NCBI RefSeq assembly: GCF_032062105.1
Contig: NW_026941516.1
Span: 1 to 64,000 of the forward strand
Reading direction: 5' to 3'
Length of the DNA stretch: 64,000 bases
Origin: Saccostrea cucullata
Taxonomy: Eukaryota
The notes beneath the pieces were generated by a model. That model was not told where the DNA came from, did no database searches, and saw only the letters and a list, made by a program, of their open reading frames with translations. Below, piece by piece: positions 56,301 to 64,000 of the stretch (position 1 is the stretch's first letter; each line of letters starts with the position of its first letter). The translations under genes were made by a program, and so were the position numbers.

Positions 56301-59300
56301 TGCTTAATCAGTTGAATGGCTCAATTTTTTCACCATTCCTAGATCTTATGCTATCATGCTGTTCTCTCATGGCATTTTTTGGATTTCTCCGTTGTGGAGA
56401 ATTTACTGTAAAGAGTAGTAATGTAGACAATGATTTTCTTTGTATGAAAGATGTAATAGAGAAAGGTGATAAAATGTCTTATACTTTGTATTTGAAATGT
56501 TCAAAAACTGACCCTTTTCGTCAAGGTGTCTTTATTCATGTTTTTAACAATGATCACACCAAACCTGTAGATATTATGCATGAATACTGCCAGCTACGTA
56601 TTTCACAAGGCGCTCAACCAAACTCGCCTCTGTTTGTTGATGCTGATGGTTCACCTTTGTCGAGAAATCAATTTATATCATATTTAAGACATGTAATAGC
56701 TGTGTTAGGTTATGATGACACTAAATATTGTGGGCATTCATTTAGAATAGGTGCTGCTACTTCTGCGGCAGAAGCCGGTATAGAAGACCATCTTATACAA
56801 ACTCTAGGACGCTGGTCATCAAATTGTTATGTTAGGTACATAAGAACTGATGAGAAAGTACTTAGAGAAGCACAAAAGAAAATGTGCTGTGGAAACAGAA
56901 CTTAGTTTGTACAAATTTTCCATTTGTTAGATCGGTATTGTTTTTTCTAAAATAATGTACAGTGTATTGGTTTTGGCGTCTATTTCTTTGGGGGCTCTCA
57001 CTCTTTTTAACAATTTTAAAACTCGTTCATTTTGGACATTAAAATTCCCATGTATTTGGAATTTTTCTACCCCCAAATTCAAATAAGCAAAATGCTCATT
57101 GAAGCTTTATTATTAAAGTTTACAAATTGTGTACTCAACACACAAAATACCTAATATATTTTTACCATGCTTTAAGTTCACATTTAAGTAACCTGCCGGG
57201 CTCCCCCCAGGTACTTTAACTACTTAAATTATTAGCAACCTGCTGGGCTCCCCCCAGGTTGATTGAAATACCTACTGTATTAGTACCATGCTTTTAGTTC
57301 ACATTTAGTAACCTGCCGGGCTCCCCCCAGGTACTTATATTATTATCAACCTGCTGGGCTCCCCCCAGGTTGATTGACTACAACCAAAAAAAAATATTGC
57401 TTTGTTCGGTATCGATGATTGCCTGCTGGGCTCCCCCCAGGTAATTTTAATTTGGAACCTGCTGGGCTCTCCCCAGGTTCTGGGATAACAACTAATAACC
57501 TGCTGGGCTCCCCCCAGGTTATATTTTAATCTATGTATTTAATTCAGAGAGCAGCCCCCAAGATGCCAAAGTTTTTTGTAATGTATTTTTATAACAGTAT
57601 TTGTTTTTAATTTATTTGTACTCAACCTTGTGTTGTACATAGTGTTTTTTGATTTATTATGTGATGTGTTCATTTTAATAAATCTAAACCTTTACCTTTT
57701 GTCATGTTGTGTATAAAATGTAAATTTATGTAATTTTTGTTTATACACAACTATGTTACTTAACTGTTGACGTAATCAGTAGACATGTGCCTGGGATGTT
57801 TATAAACAAAACCACGTGATCGATGGAACCAATCAGAAGTGCGGAAAGGGACGCTATCTCAGTCTGTCTTTTGTAATCGAAGTGTTTAGTATTGTACCTT
57901 TAAATTGGTCATCCCACCCACCACCCCTTCATCTCCTGTTTTATAAGTACTAACATATATCTGTTTGACATTGCATCTTTAAAAATTGTAAAATTGTAAC
58001 ATGTATCTCATTATTGTTATGATGTACATCATTATCTTTGTTTTAATATTGTACTTCAATCACTGTTTATATCATTAACTGTTTTAAAGGGGCTGCTTTA
58101 TTTGAATTATTTTAATATTAATAAATTTGGACATTAAATTATAGGACATTAAAATTCCCATGTATATTAAAATTCCCATGTATTTGGAATTTTTCTACCC
58201 CCAAATTCAAATAAGCAAAATGCTCATTGAAGCTTTATTATTAAAGTTTACAAATTGTGTACTCAACACACAAAATACCTAATATATTTTTACCATGCTT
58301 TAAGTTCACATTTAAGTAACCTGCCGGGCTCCCCCCAGGTACTTTAACTACTTAAATTATTAGCAACCTGCTGGGCTCCCCCCAGGTTGATTGAAATACC
58401 TACTGTATTAGTACCATGCTTTTAGTTCACATTTAGTAACCTGCCGGGCTCCCCCCAGGTACTTATATTATTATCAACCTGCTGGGCTCCCCCCAGGTTG
58501 ATTGACTACAACCAAAAAAAATATTGCTTTGTTCGGTATCGATGATTGCCTGCTGGGCTCCCCCCAGGTAATTTTAATTTGGAACCTGCTGGGCTCTCCC
58601 CAGGTTCTGGGATAACAACTAATAACCTGCTGGGCTCCCCCCAGGTTATATTTTAATCTATGTATTTCGGACATTAAAATTCCCATGTATTTGGAATTTT
58701 TCTACCCCCAAATTCAAATAAGCAAAATGCTCATTGAAGCTTTATTATTAAAGTTTACAAATTGTGTACTCAACACACAAAATACCTAATATATTTTTAC
58801 CATGCTTTAAGTTCACATTTAAGTAACCTGCCGGGCTCCCCCCAGGTACTTTAACTACTTAAATTATTAGCAACCTGCTGGGCTCCCCCCAGGTTGATTG
58901 AAATACCTACTGTATTAGTACCATGCTTTTAGTTCACATTTAGTAACCTGCCGGGCTCCCCCCAGGTACTTATATTATTATCAACCTGCTGGGCTCCCAA
59001 GAATTTCACAGAAATTTCTATTTTTAGAAACCATGGCAACACTGTTTATCAAAATCAAAAACCGATGCACAGAATTATGTATCTTAGTGTAGTCTACTTG
59101 TGTGCCACATTATGTTGAAATCAGAACAAAACTGGTGGACGAGTAGTATTTAAAATAAAATTTCACAGAAATTTCTAGTTTTAGTAACCATGGCATCACC
59201 GTTCATCGAAATCAAAAACCAATGCACAGAATTATGTATCTTAGTGTAGTCTACTTGTGTGCCAAGTTATATTGAAATCGGACCAAAACTGTAAGAGGAG

Positions 59301-59785
59301 TAGCATTTTGAAAGAAGTTCACAGAAATTTCTATTTTTAGTAACCATGGCAACACCGTTCATCGAAATCAAAAACCGATGCACAGAATTATGTATCTTAG
59401 TGTAGTCTACTTGTGTGCCAAGTTATATTGAAATCGGACCAAAACTGTAAGAGGAGTAGCATTTTGAAAGAAGTTCACAGAATTTTCTATTTTTAATAAC
59501 CATGGCAACACCATACATCAAAATCAAAAACCGATGCACAGAATTATGTATCTTAGTGTAGTCTACTTGTGTACCAAGTTATATTGAAATCGGACCAAAA
59601 TTGTAAGAGGAGTAGCATTTTGAAAGAAGTTCACAGAAATTTCTAGTTTTAGTAACCATGGCAACACCGTTCATCGAAATCAAAAACCGATGCACAGAAT
59701 TATGTATCTTAGTGTAGTCTACTTGTGTGCCAAGTTATATTGAAATCGGACCAAAACTCTAATAGGAGTAGCATTTTGAAAAATT

Positions 59786-59818
<33 letters not shown>

Positions 59819-62800
59819 CGGACGGACGCCGGACGCATTACTATCGCATAAGCTCTTCTGGTCTCTGACCAGTAGAGCTAAAAATGGGGTCTTTAAAGAT
59901 CGCACATTGTGCGCACGGACCAGTCTGTTGTTAAGTTAATTTCATTATAATTTCAAACATTTGGATTTGGGCTTTACACATGTTCATGGACACACACTAC
60001 ATTTTTTTAAGGTGCAAAGCACTTCCAAGTATTAGCAATAATCTTTAAGTATAGTTCATAATTTACTTAATTATTAACATTCAGAACAATGCACAAAAAT
60101 TTACGAGCTTCATCAAAATAAACAGGTTGTATACACAAACTGCACGACCAAGTCTGATGCTGCACTAGATTTATAACAATGTCATGAATAGAAATCTCAA
60201 TTTTCAGTACATTACATGTATTTTTAAATTCTTGTTTTGTCTTCAAAGAAGAAGGTATGGTTTTAGCTTTATTGCGCCCTAAAAATGTAATGACATAAAA
60301 AAGTTTTGAAACTGGCTTAAATATTAGTTTAATAAATGACTCTGATAAATCAGGAAAGAATATGGCAAGAAGGTTTACCATTCTGCAAATATGACGTCAT
60401 TAATGTGAAGCATTTCTCTATTTTCAACAGAAAAAGCCTCAAATTGGCACATTTCAAGGGAGATTTTCCTTTAGAAAACAGTGTCCACAGCCGTTGCCCA
60501 CATTAATTTTTTGATATTTTGTGCAAAATTCAATAACAAATCACATATCTCAAGATCTTTGTGGGCGATGCCTGTGGACAATGTTATCTAAAAGAAAATT
60601 TCATTAAAATTTGGTGTCTTCTGCAACTTTTTAAGAAAATACGGGAAAATGCACATGTTCTTGACGTCATAATTAGCATTTAAAAACACATGTGAGAAAA
60701 ATCACTTGTATGTTTTTTCTGCATTGATTTTCTATTATTCAAAAAGCATGAGTTTTCAACTTTTACACCAGTTTCATTTTTTTTTTAGAAAATCACAGGG
60801 CAAAACTTGTATGGAAACCATACCTTCTTCTTTGTACACACCGTTGTAAAATCATATATACAAATCTCAATTCAATACACTAAATTTATTTCAATCATTT
60901 TGAGATGTTTTAACAAATATTTTGTCTCTTACATCATTTCAACTGAATTAAAACTTATTTTTTTGAAAGGACGCTGCCCGTGCCGAAGGCCGGCGTCGCT
61001 TTTCTTGTCTAGTTTTGACAAATATTTGTTAGGGTTTTTGTTAAGTATTTGTACTGCCTATATAGTAAGCGATACTTAAGATATCATAAAATGATTATAG
61101 CCTCTTTATTTGTGGTATATAAAATTTTTATCAATTTTTGACCTGTTTTATATGGAAAACAATCATTTAATTCCAAACACTTTACATCAGAGTTAATGTC
61201 AATTTAACCTTGGTCTGTGAGCACTGTCTGCGATCTTTCAAGACCCCTATTTTTACAGAAATATTACGTTCCATCAATAAAAATTAAATCATTTTGACTT
61301 GTTTTTTCATAAGAAATATTTTGATATACAATAGATGCAAATAGATACATTTATCTTAACAAATATGTCACTGTCCACGAACTTTTTGGACAGCCCTGGT
61401 ATGTGATAAAAAGTAAGGGTTATATAGTGTATACATAATTAGAGAGAGAGAGTGAGAGAGAGAGAGATTTTTTTGAACATTACAATATTTACATCCACTG
61501 AATATTTTCTTCTTTATTTCTTAAGAAAACCCATTGCGTTCATCACTGCATGAACTACATTAGGCATATCACCTGTACGGATTTCTTGATCAGTGGCCGT
61601 TTCATCAATGAAACGTACAAAGACGTTCGCATCATAAATACAATAATTAATATTTTTAATCCTACTTAAAATGACAATTCAAACAGATATAAATATAAAC
61701 AATAAAATGTCTTTGAATGAACAGTCGCAGCTATTGCAGAAAAAATTTTCATAACCCGCGGGTTATGTATTTTTTCTGCAACAGCTGCTTCCGTTCATTC
61801 CAGTAATAACAAACAAAGAAAGCATTTTATTGTTTAAATAATTCTGCAACAAAAAAATATTTCATGTACCTTCAGTTGGATCAGGTGGTGTGAAATCTGT
61901 GAGGATTGATTCAGAAGATAAAATATTCTCAAATCCAAGAGAATTTTTCACATGAATATTGAAATAGTACATTGTGTTGTGCTGAAGGTCCAAATCATTG
62001 TATTCAAATTTTCTGTTTGAACCAACTCCTAATTTTTCATAGTGCATGTAATGTCCATCCTAAAAAAAGATAAAAAAAAATTAAAGGTATCTTAGATAAC
62101 ATCATCACAAAAAAATGTCAAAAATTGTTACAAAAATGTTGTTGTACAATCTTGAATCTACAAAATTAAATGAAGTTATTTTTAGAAAATGGTACATGAT
62201 TTTCATTTTAGCACATTCATGCTAACTCCTTGCAAAATATAGGAACTGAACTGTTTACCGGGGTATTTGCCTGGGAGTCTCAAATAGTGAAAATTGAAGA
62301 ATACCTTTGATATCTTAAAATTATATCCTTCTATTGCCTCTAAGAGCTCACAATGGCCACTGCCAAAGTCATAGTTGAAGCTCAGACACTTAGTGTCATG
62401 CATCTTGTTGCAGTGAGTGGCACATTCACCTGGAGTGGAAAGACTGTCATATTCTTTAAAGAGAATATGCCTTCCTACAAGTTTACCACTTCTTCCATCA
62501 CTAAAAAGTGTCATAACTTTTAGGTTTAAGGGATCATAACCTGAAATTAAAAGAATGGGTACATAATATAATAAAATATACAAGAATATTAAAAATTGTA
62601 AACTTATTTTTCTTTTTACTCACAAGACAATTCCCCCCTCATAAATGTTCTTAAAGCACATACCCACATCATAGTTGACCGTATTTGCTGCAATGCTGGT
62701 TTGATTCCACCTGACAATCTGCTCTCCCCAGATGTCCCTGCCGTACCCCACAGCCACCAGAACCTGGGTTATGGGGGAGTCCTCATACACAGTGACTAGT

Positions 62801-63264
62801 CCCTTCATCACTCGGGGGTTACTGGTCGATCTGAAGGCTTCTGACATTCTCCCTCCAGGAATGGTCATGTCAAAGGTCTCCAACTGACAGGTGGCAGGTA
62901 CACTCACACCCGCTTCATTGGCCACATGTACAGTGAAATACAGAGGAACTCCAGAAGGGTTCAAAATCTACAAGGTTTTGTACATAGTGATGAAAAATGA
63001 AACATCGCCGACATACAGAAATTAAAACCATCATGATTATTTGCCAATCTACAGTATTATATTTTGTTATTACTTATAGATCAAGTTCATATGCATATCA
63101 ACCTCTGTCAATGAAGTTGAAAATCCTCCAAGTTCTTTTCGATAGACAACATCTGAGCCACCAGGTACAGTTCCTACATCCAGAGTCAGGATCACATTAC
63201 TGCGGTCATCCTCTGCGTCAAGATCCAACTTAAATTCTGGATCTGTGTGGTCACGTCCTGCTGC
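13742..63264 (-). CDS. Giant uncharacterised single-pass membrane protein (Fn3/Ig-like repeats, PAN-like, cadherin-like, EGF, TM); ~50 exons, 5' part outside window
   Basis: Dozens of GT-AG-bounded minus-strand exons with recurring motifs D-x-T-P-P-x-x-G-x-V-x-D-G, W-x-x-x-x-D-x-E-S-G and A-V/I-G-T-x-P-G. Last exons checked in frame: 17556-17862, 16232-16290, 14806-14849, 13742-14218 (stop). AATAAA on - at ~13368-13373. Not every internal junction was verified. Confidence 0.85.
14875..16145. repeat. Degenerate ~21-bp minisatellite element (AAACTATAGTTTACA-like), split by an insertion
   Basis: The motif recurs at 14895-15210 and again at 16040-16145. Confidence 0.55.
15216..16015. mobile_element. 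Decayed TIR element
   Basis: AGTCACATTT (15219) / AAATGTGACT (16003-16012) inverted ends, with CpG-rich CGAC/GTCG subterminal motifs. Confidence 0.5.
17556..17862 (-). CDS. Exon with EGF/calcium-binding EGF domains and the transmembrane helix
   Basis: [24 protein letters not shown]...CYNEINHYRCAC, then WMIALIVILVVAALAVIIGLGIF followed by basic RYKAIKR. Confidence 0.9.
19321..19638 (-). mobile_element. Short Helitron/HINE-type element
   Basis: (GACA)n microsatellite and terminal hairpin TCCCTCCGGTTTTACCGGTAGGGGA. Confidence 0.5.
20785..20971. mobile_element. pogo/Tigger-like MITE
   Basis: TATA-flanked CAATGGACC.../...GGTCCACTG with repeated ATCCGGAT motifs. Confidence 0.7.
21785..22916 (-). 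mobile_element. HINE with Cg170-like repeats
   Basis: ACAAGAGGCCC...GCTCACCTGAG at the left, monomers, (ACG/ACA)n, CTCAGGTGAGCTAA at the right. Confidence 0.88.
23213..24121 (+). mobile_element. Helitron-like element with TTGACCTTG tandem monomers
   Basis: ATGCCCC...GGGGCAT 5' hairpin, (GTCT)n, repeated monomers, GGGCATC...CACAAACACATCTTGT end. Confidence 0.7.
25765..26218 (-). mobile_element. Truncated/diverged Cg170-type HINE
   Basis: AAGAGGC...GCTCACCTGAG start, two decayed monomers, GGGCTAAAA end. Confidence 0.6.
30613..30792. mobile_element. Decayed TA-flanked MITE
   Basis: TA-CATTGAACTTCTATAT... / ...ATATAGGTTTGACTG-TA imperfect inverted ends. Confidence 0.4.
31493..32911 (-). mobile_element. 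HINE with ~6 homogeneous 166-bp Cg170-like monomers
   Basis: TTGGCCCCACCC recurs at about 31698, 31861, 32027, 32193, 32359 and 32525; standard termini. Confidence 0.92.
34744..35009 (-). mobile_element. SINE-like retroposon with non-tRNA head, Meta-like core and (CAAT)n tail
   Basis: 13-bp TSD TACCATTCTTAGA (34731-34743, 35010-35022). Its 3' half is homologous to the SINE at 35058-35406. Confidence 0.85.
35058..35406 (+). mobile_element. tRNA-headed SINE with (CAAT)n tail
   Basis: Box A TAGCCCAGTGG, box B GGTTCGATTC, core ...GGCACGATAAAGAACCC..., 13-bp TSD CATATGTTTAATA (35045-35057, 35407-35419). Confidence 0.9.
38845..39178. repeat. 78-79-bp tandem repeat (~4 copies) spanning an intron/exon junction
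   Basis: CTGGTACCTGTCAATCAACATTTA recurs with the acceptor dinucleotide at 38871, 38950, 39028 and 39106. Confidence 0.9.
41203..42777. mobile_element. PIF/Harbinger-like non-autonomous element
   Basis: GGCC...GGCC ends, inverted TTTGTTTGGAATTGCCGCC / GGCGGCAATTCCAAACAAA, 3-bp TSD TCA. Confidence 0.75.
45549..47012. mobile_element. pogo/Tigger-like non-autonomous element
   Basis: TA-CCGTAATTT...TATAGGTCGA / TCGACCTATA...AAATTACGG-TA. Confidence 0.75.
51598..51814. mobile_element. TA-flanked MITE
   Basis: 23-bp perfect TIR CTGTAAACCAACTTTTATTCGCG. Confidence 0.85.
52668..52863 (+). promoter_or_regulatory. Repeat A1, probable element promoter
   Basis: Cluster of TGACGTAA (CRE/ATF-like), TGTTTATAAACA (forkhead-like palindrome), CACGTG, CCAAT, CGGAA and TCAGTC (Inr-like) upstream of the gag ATG. 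Confidence 0.55.
53003..54286 (+). CDS. gag: Gag-like ORF1 (HeH/LEM-like N-terminus, C-terminal Cys/His fingers); apparent 1-nt frameshift near 54225, restored stop at 54324
   Basis: IIEGKDVNL...AFGIYKN...ELDLYE...FYEYH...DW core, CTLC...H...C and CNNFN...C...C...H motifs. Confidence 0.85.
   Translation: MPPIRNRTRVNRQPRAYDDSLPENWSVSKLRDELRLKGITQPQNTRRSVLVNLYKQTVTNDESRTSQASGTQESRQETVSTTQGQDIRTELLGVVRNLTSTVQNLQSSMISLTERVNTMARSQTSITAAAGSADQLRQSGAQTTNPRNDNTPVSCGTPRETSETDYTLTTAWADQASPRTIGVKTTYGYAAESLPYVETIAPNLRKQIIEGKDVNLATILIPYYTGPSDDKTDKEKKDPRLNKTLTISEFIQAFGIYKNTMCGAFPRRRQELDLYERDIVDMANRYGGSAFYEYHRQFSARAAAYLKYHNIPVDWSVRNNTLFCNIFANEKPITCTLCRSVSHTAPFCHQNLETGAKPYSYSQTYRQYSNLNSNDSYGRPRQFKDGLEICNNFNDMGCTRKRCNNLHVVNLAKNRDIHNPIAFQKTR
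54234..55931 (+). CDS. pol: Reverse transcriptase / RNase H (ORF2, no upstream ATG)
   Basis: KKRLIVDLS, KVDISDAF, LVFGSRSSP, HLLDDF, YLGI, then RNase H LYTDA...YELYP...HCDN...ADAISR. Confidence 0.95.
   Translation: MQKTGTFTIRLPFKKRGKPPGEITKAGESLKNWTITTPVNIDKLEKLLLNHSDKQTVDYLLNGFRFGFYTGFRTLPTETYECRNLLSSRKQPEITSQLIQTELQKGFISGPYPSMPFDIYRVNPIGVAEGKYSKKKRLIVDLSAPHNEDHHASLNSLIDKSEFSLSYVTIDHAIDLIKKLGKNSWMCKVDISDAFKLIPIHPSLWPFHGIKWDNQYYYFTRLVFGSRSSPKIFDTLSTILCWIAQNEFGIDNILHLLDDFLTVDPPEFPAEKTMNTLTTMFQILGIPLAVHKSVGPSQCLEYLGIVLDSNKMEARLPTDKLQRILETVHSFLDRKTCTKRQLLSLLGHLNFACRVVRPGRSFVSYLISLSTTVSELHHHVTITAECRLDLGMWYKFLSSWNGVAFFLEDNITIAADMHLYTDATNSAFGGYYAGKWFQDVFPSDMFHSGEKPSMAFYELYPIVIACVMWGQEWSRKRILFHCDNLATVEIINKGRSKMKSIMRLMRKLTFTAASFHFTVHARHIPGKLNTIADAISRFQMDKFRKLAPEADIRATACLPYHKITM
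55832..56905 (+). CDS. Tyrosine recombinase (ORF3; frame open from 55832, overlapping pol)
   Basis: Catalytic set GFLRCGE, SKTD, GHSFRIG, GRW and YVRY. The N-terminal LWNAAISQQTARAY segment lies upstream of the track's GTG start. Confidence 0.95.
   Translation, partial: CYFSFPDGQISQTSSGGGHPSHSLSSIPQDYNVEEIKTLWNAAISQQTARAYSTGIQHLLSFVTLCGIAVPLGTLPDVNEDVLIKFVSYCHYSLSLSFSSIKLYLAGIRFHYLKAGLCNPLKQHERLDCILRGIKRLQSSVSKPKRFPVTYQILCQMLNQLNGSIFSPFLDLMLSCCSLMAFFGFLRCGEFTVKSSNVDNDFLCMKDVIEKGDKMSYTLYLKCSKTDPFRQGVFIHVFNNDHTKPVDIMHEYCQLRISQGAQPNSPLFVDADGSPLSRNQFISYLRHVIAVLGYDDTKYCGHSFRIGAATSAAEAGIEDHLIQTLGRWSSNCYVRYIRTDEKVLREAQKKMCCGNRT
57190..58998 (+). repeat. Array of 24-bp palindromic motifs AACCTGCYGGGCTCCCCCCAGGTT within B repeats (7+7+4 copies, last one truncated)
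   Basis: B1 copies at 57190, 57237, 57310, 57348, 57420, 57456 and 57497, separated by AT-rich spacers of ~12-50 bp. Confidence 0.95.
61441..61468. repeat. (AG)n microsatellite
   Basis: Direct reading. Confidence 0.9.
61695..61838. repeat. Long imperfect palindrome, probably the end of a non-autonomous DNA element
   Basis: AAACAATAAAATG...TGCAGAAAAAA..CATAACCCG|CGGGTTATG..TTTTTTCTGCA...CATTTTATTGTTT. Confidence 0.6.
62304..62541 (-). CDS. Exon encoding a PAN/apple-like domain of the giant protein
   Basis: ECATHC...KCLSFNY...GHCEL cysteine pattern. Confidence 0.7.
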
Positions 63265-63534
63265 CTGCAGCACTTTACATTCCCCTGGTCTTGTCACTCC
63301 CTTGAACATGTAGTTAATATAAAATGTAATGAGATATTGTAATTCAAATGTTTCATAATCTTCCTTTTTATTACAAATGGTTCAAAGACTTTGATATTCT
63401 GTCTATAGCAATGCTTTAACAAAGAAGTACAGAGTATGTTGTTTAATATCTTAAATCTTTATAAATTAAGAATGCATTTACATTGAAATTTAGTTACTTT
63501 ATCTCATACAAATTGAATCAACATTTAAACAAAA

Positions 63535-63775
63535 GATGTTTGTAAAACACTTATGCCCCCCTCCTCCAAATATTAAATTGGAACTTTTTTAAGTCAAAGG
63601 GGAATAACTCTATCCAAAATGGCTAGATCATACCCATAACAGAACTTAACCTAGATATTGTTATCAAATTTCATTTCAATATGTGCAACATCTGTGAAGA
63701 AAATGAGTGGAAATGAAGGTGGATCAACAGACAGCAGCAAAGAAACATGCCCTCCCTTATTCAAAGGGGGGCATA
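63535..63775 (-). mobile_element. Short Helitron/HINE-type element
   Basis: TATGCCCCC ... ATGCCCTCC-TTATTCAAA-GGGGGCATAA termini, similar to 23213-24121 in reverse. Confidence 0.55.
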
Positions 63776-64000
63776 AATATTTGCTTTCTATGAAATTTTC
63801 CTAGAATTATGTTTCAGATGCACGGTAAATAATAAAATGCTCACCCCAAAACTTTTGATCTGTGGTGGTGTTTTGTCTTTCTCCTTTTTGTGGGTATCTA
63901 TAATTTTTTTCTGTATGACAGGTGTTTCATAATGCCAAATCCTATGCTTAAAAAGAGTCTTTTTAAATGTATGGAAAATTAGGTGTATCTTCAATGTCAC

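Larger units (their letters stand above)
52668..58998 (+). mobile_element. Ngaro/DIRS-order tyrosine-recombinase retrotransposon with split direct repeats (A1-gag-pol-YR-B1-A2-B2-B3partial)
   Basis: Three overlapping ORFs with no methyltransferase domain. A1 52668-52863 is identical to A2 57717-57912. B copies at 57034-57540, 58144-58667 and 58669-58998. Confidence 0.93.
52528..59881 (-). mobile_element. HINE with ~5 x 156-bp monomers (middle layer of nest), interrupted by the Ngaro element
   Basis: Sub-terminal inverted repeat TAGCTCTACTGGT (52551) / ACCAGTAGAGCTA (59868-59880), hairpin AGTCTC-TGTC-GAGACT, (GACG/GACA)n, and monomers at about 59005, 59162, 59318, 59474 and 59630. Confidence 0.8.
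52381..61399. mobile_element. Mariner-like non-autonomous element with ~200-bp imperfect TIRs (outer layer of nest)
   Basis: TA-CGAGGCCTGTCCAAAAAGTTCGTGGACA / TGTCCACGAACTTTTTGGACAGCCCTGG-TA. The left TIR is split at ~52528 and resumes at ~59882. Confidence 0.8.

Noticed and set aside
57190-58998. True CRISPR array
   Set aside because: Eukaryotic retroelement context, no cas genes, spacer lengths vary ~12-50 bp, and spacers are related to each other (1~3, 2~4), indicating internal duplication rather than acquisition.

Overview
AT-rich, intron-rich animal genomic DNA, most likely an oyster (Ostreidae). This is inferred from ~166-bp Cg170-like satellite monomers inside Helitron/Helentron-type non-autonomous elements and from bivalve-type SINEs. 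Two convergent spliced genes are present. An SRFBP1/BUD22 orthologue lies on + (2125-9847; its first exon was not located). A very large (~50 exons seen, 5' end beyond the window) single-pass membrane protein gene lies on - (13742 to >63264) with Fn3/Ig-like repeats, a PAN-like domain, cadherin-like segments and EGF domains. Introns are packed with mobile elements. The most notable are: (i) a complete 354-bp miniature LTR element whose LTRs carry a tRNA-like gene (Helenus-type TRIM), nested in a hAT-like MITE; (ii) a young Ngaro/DIRS-type tyrosine-recombinase retrotransposon nested three deep. Its sequence suggests a -1 ribosomal frameshift for Gag-Pol, a splice fusing a HeH/LEM-like Gag N-terminus to the recombinase, and it carries an array of 24-bp palindromes in its terminal repeats; (iii) a head-to-head SINE pair, one member having a structured non-tRNA head. 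All coordinates were read by eye; decayed-repeat boundaries are approximate.
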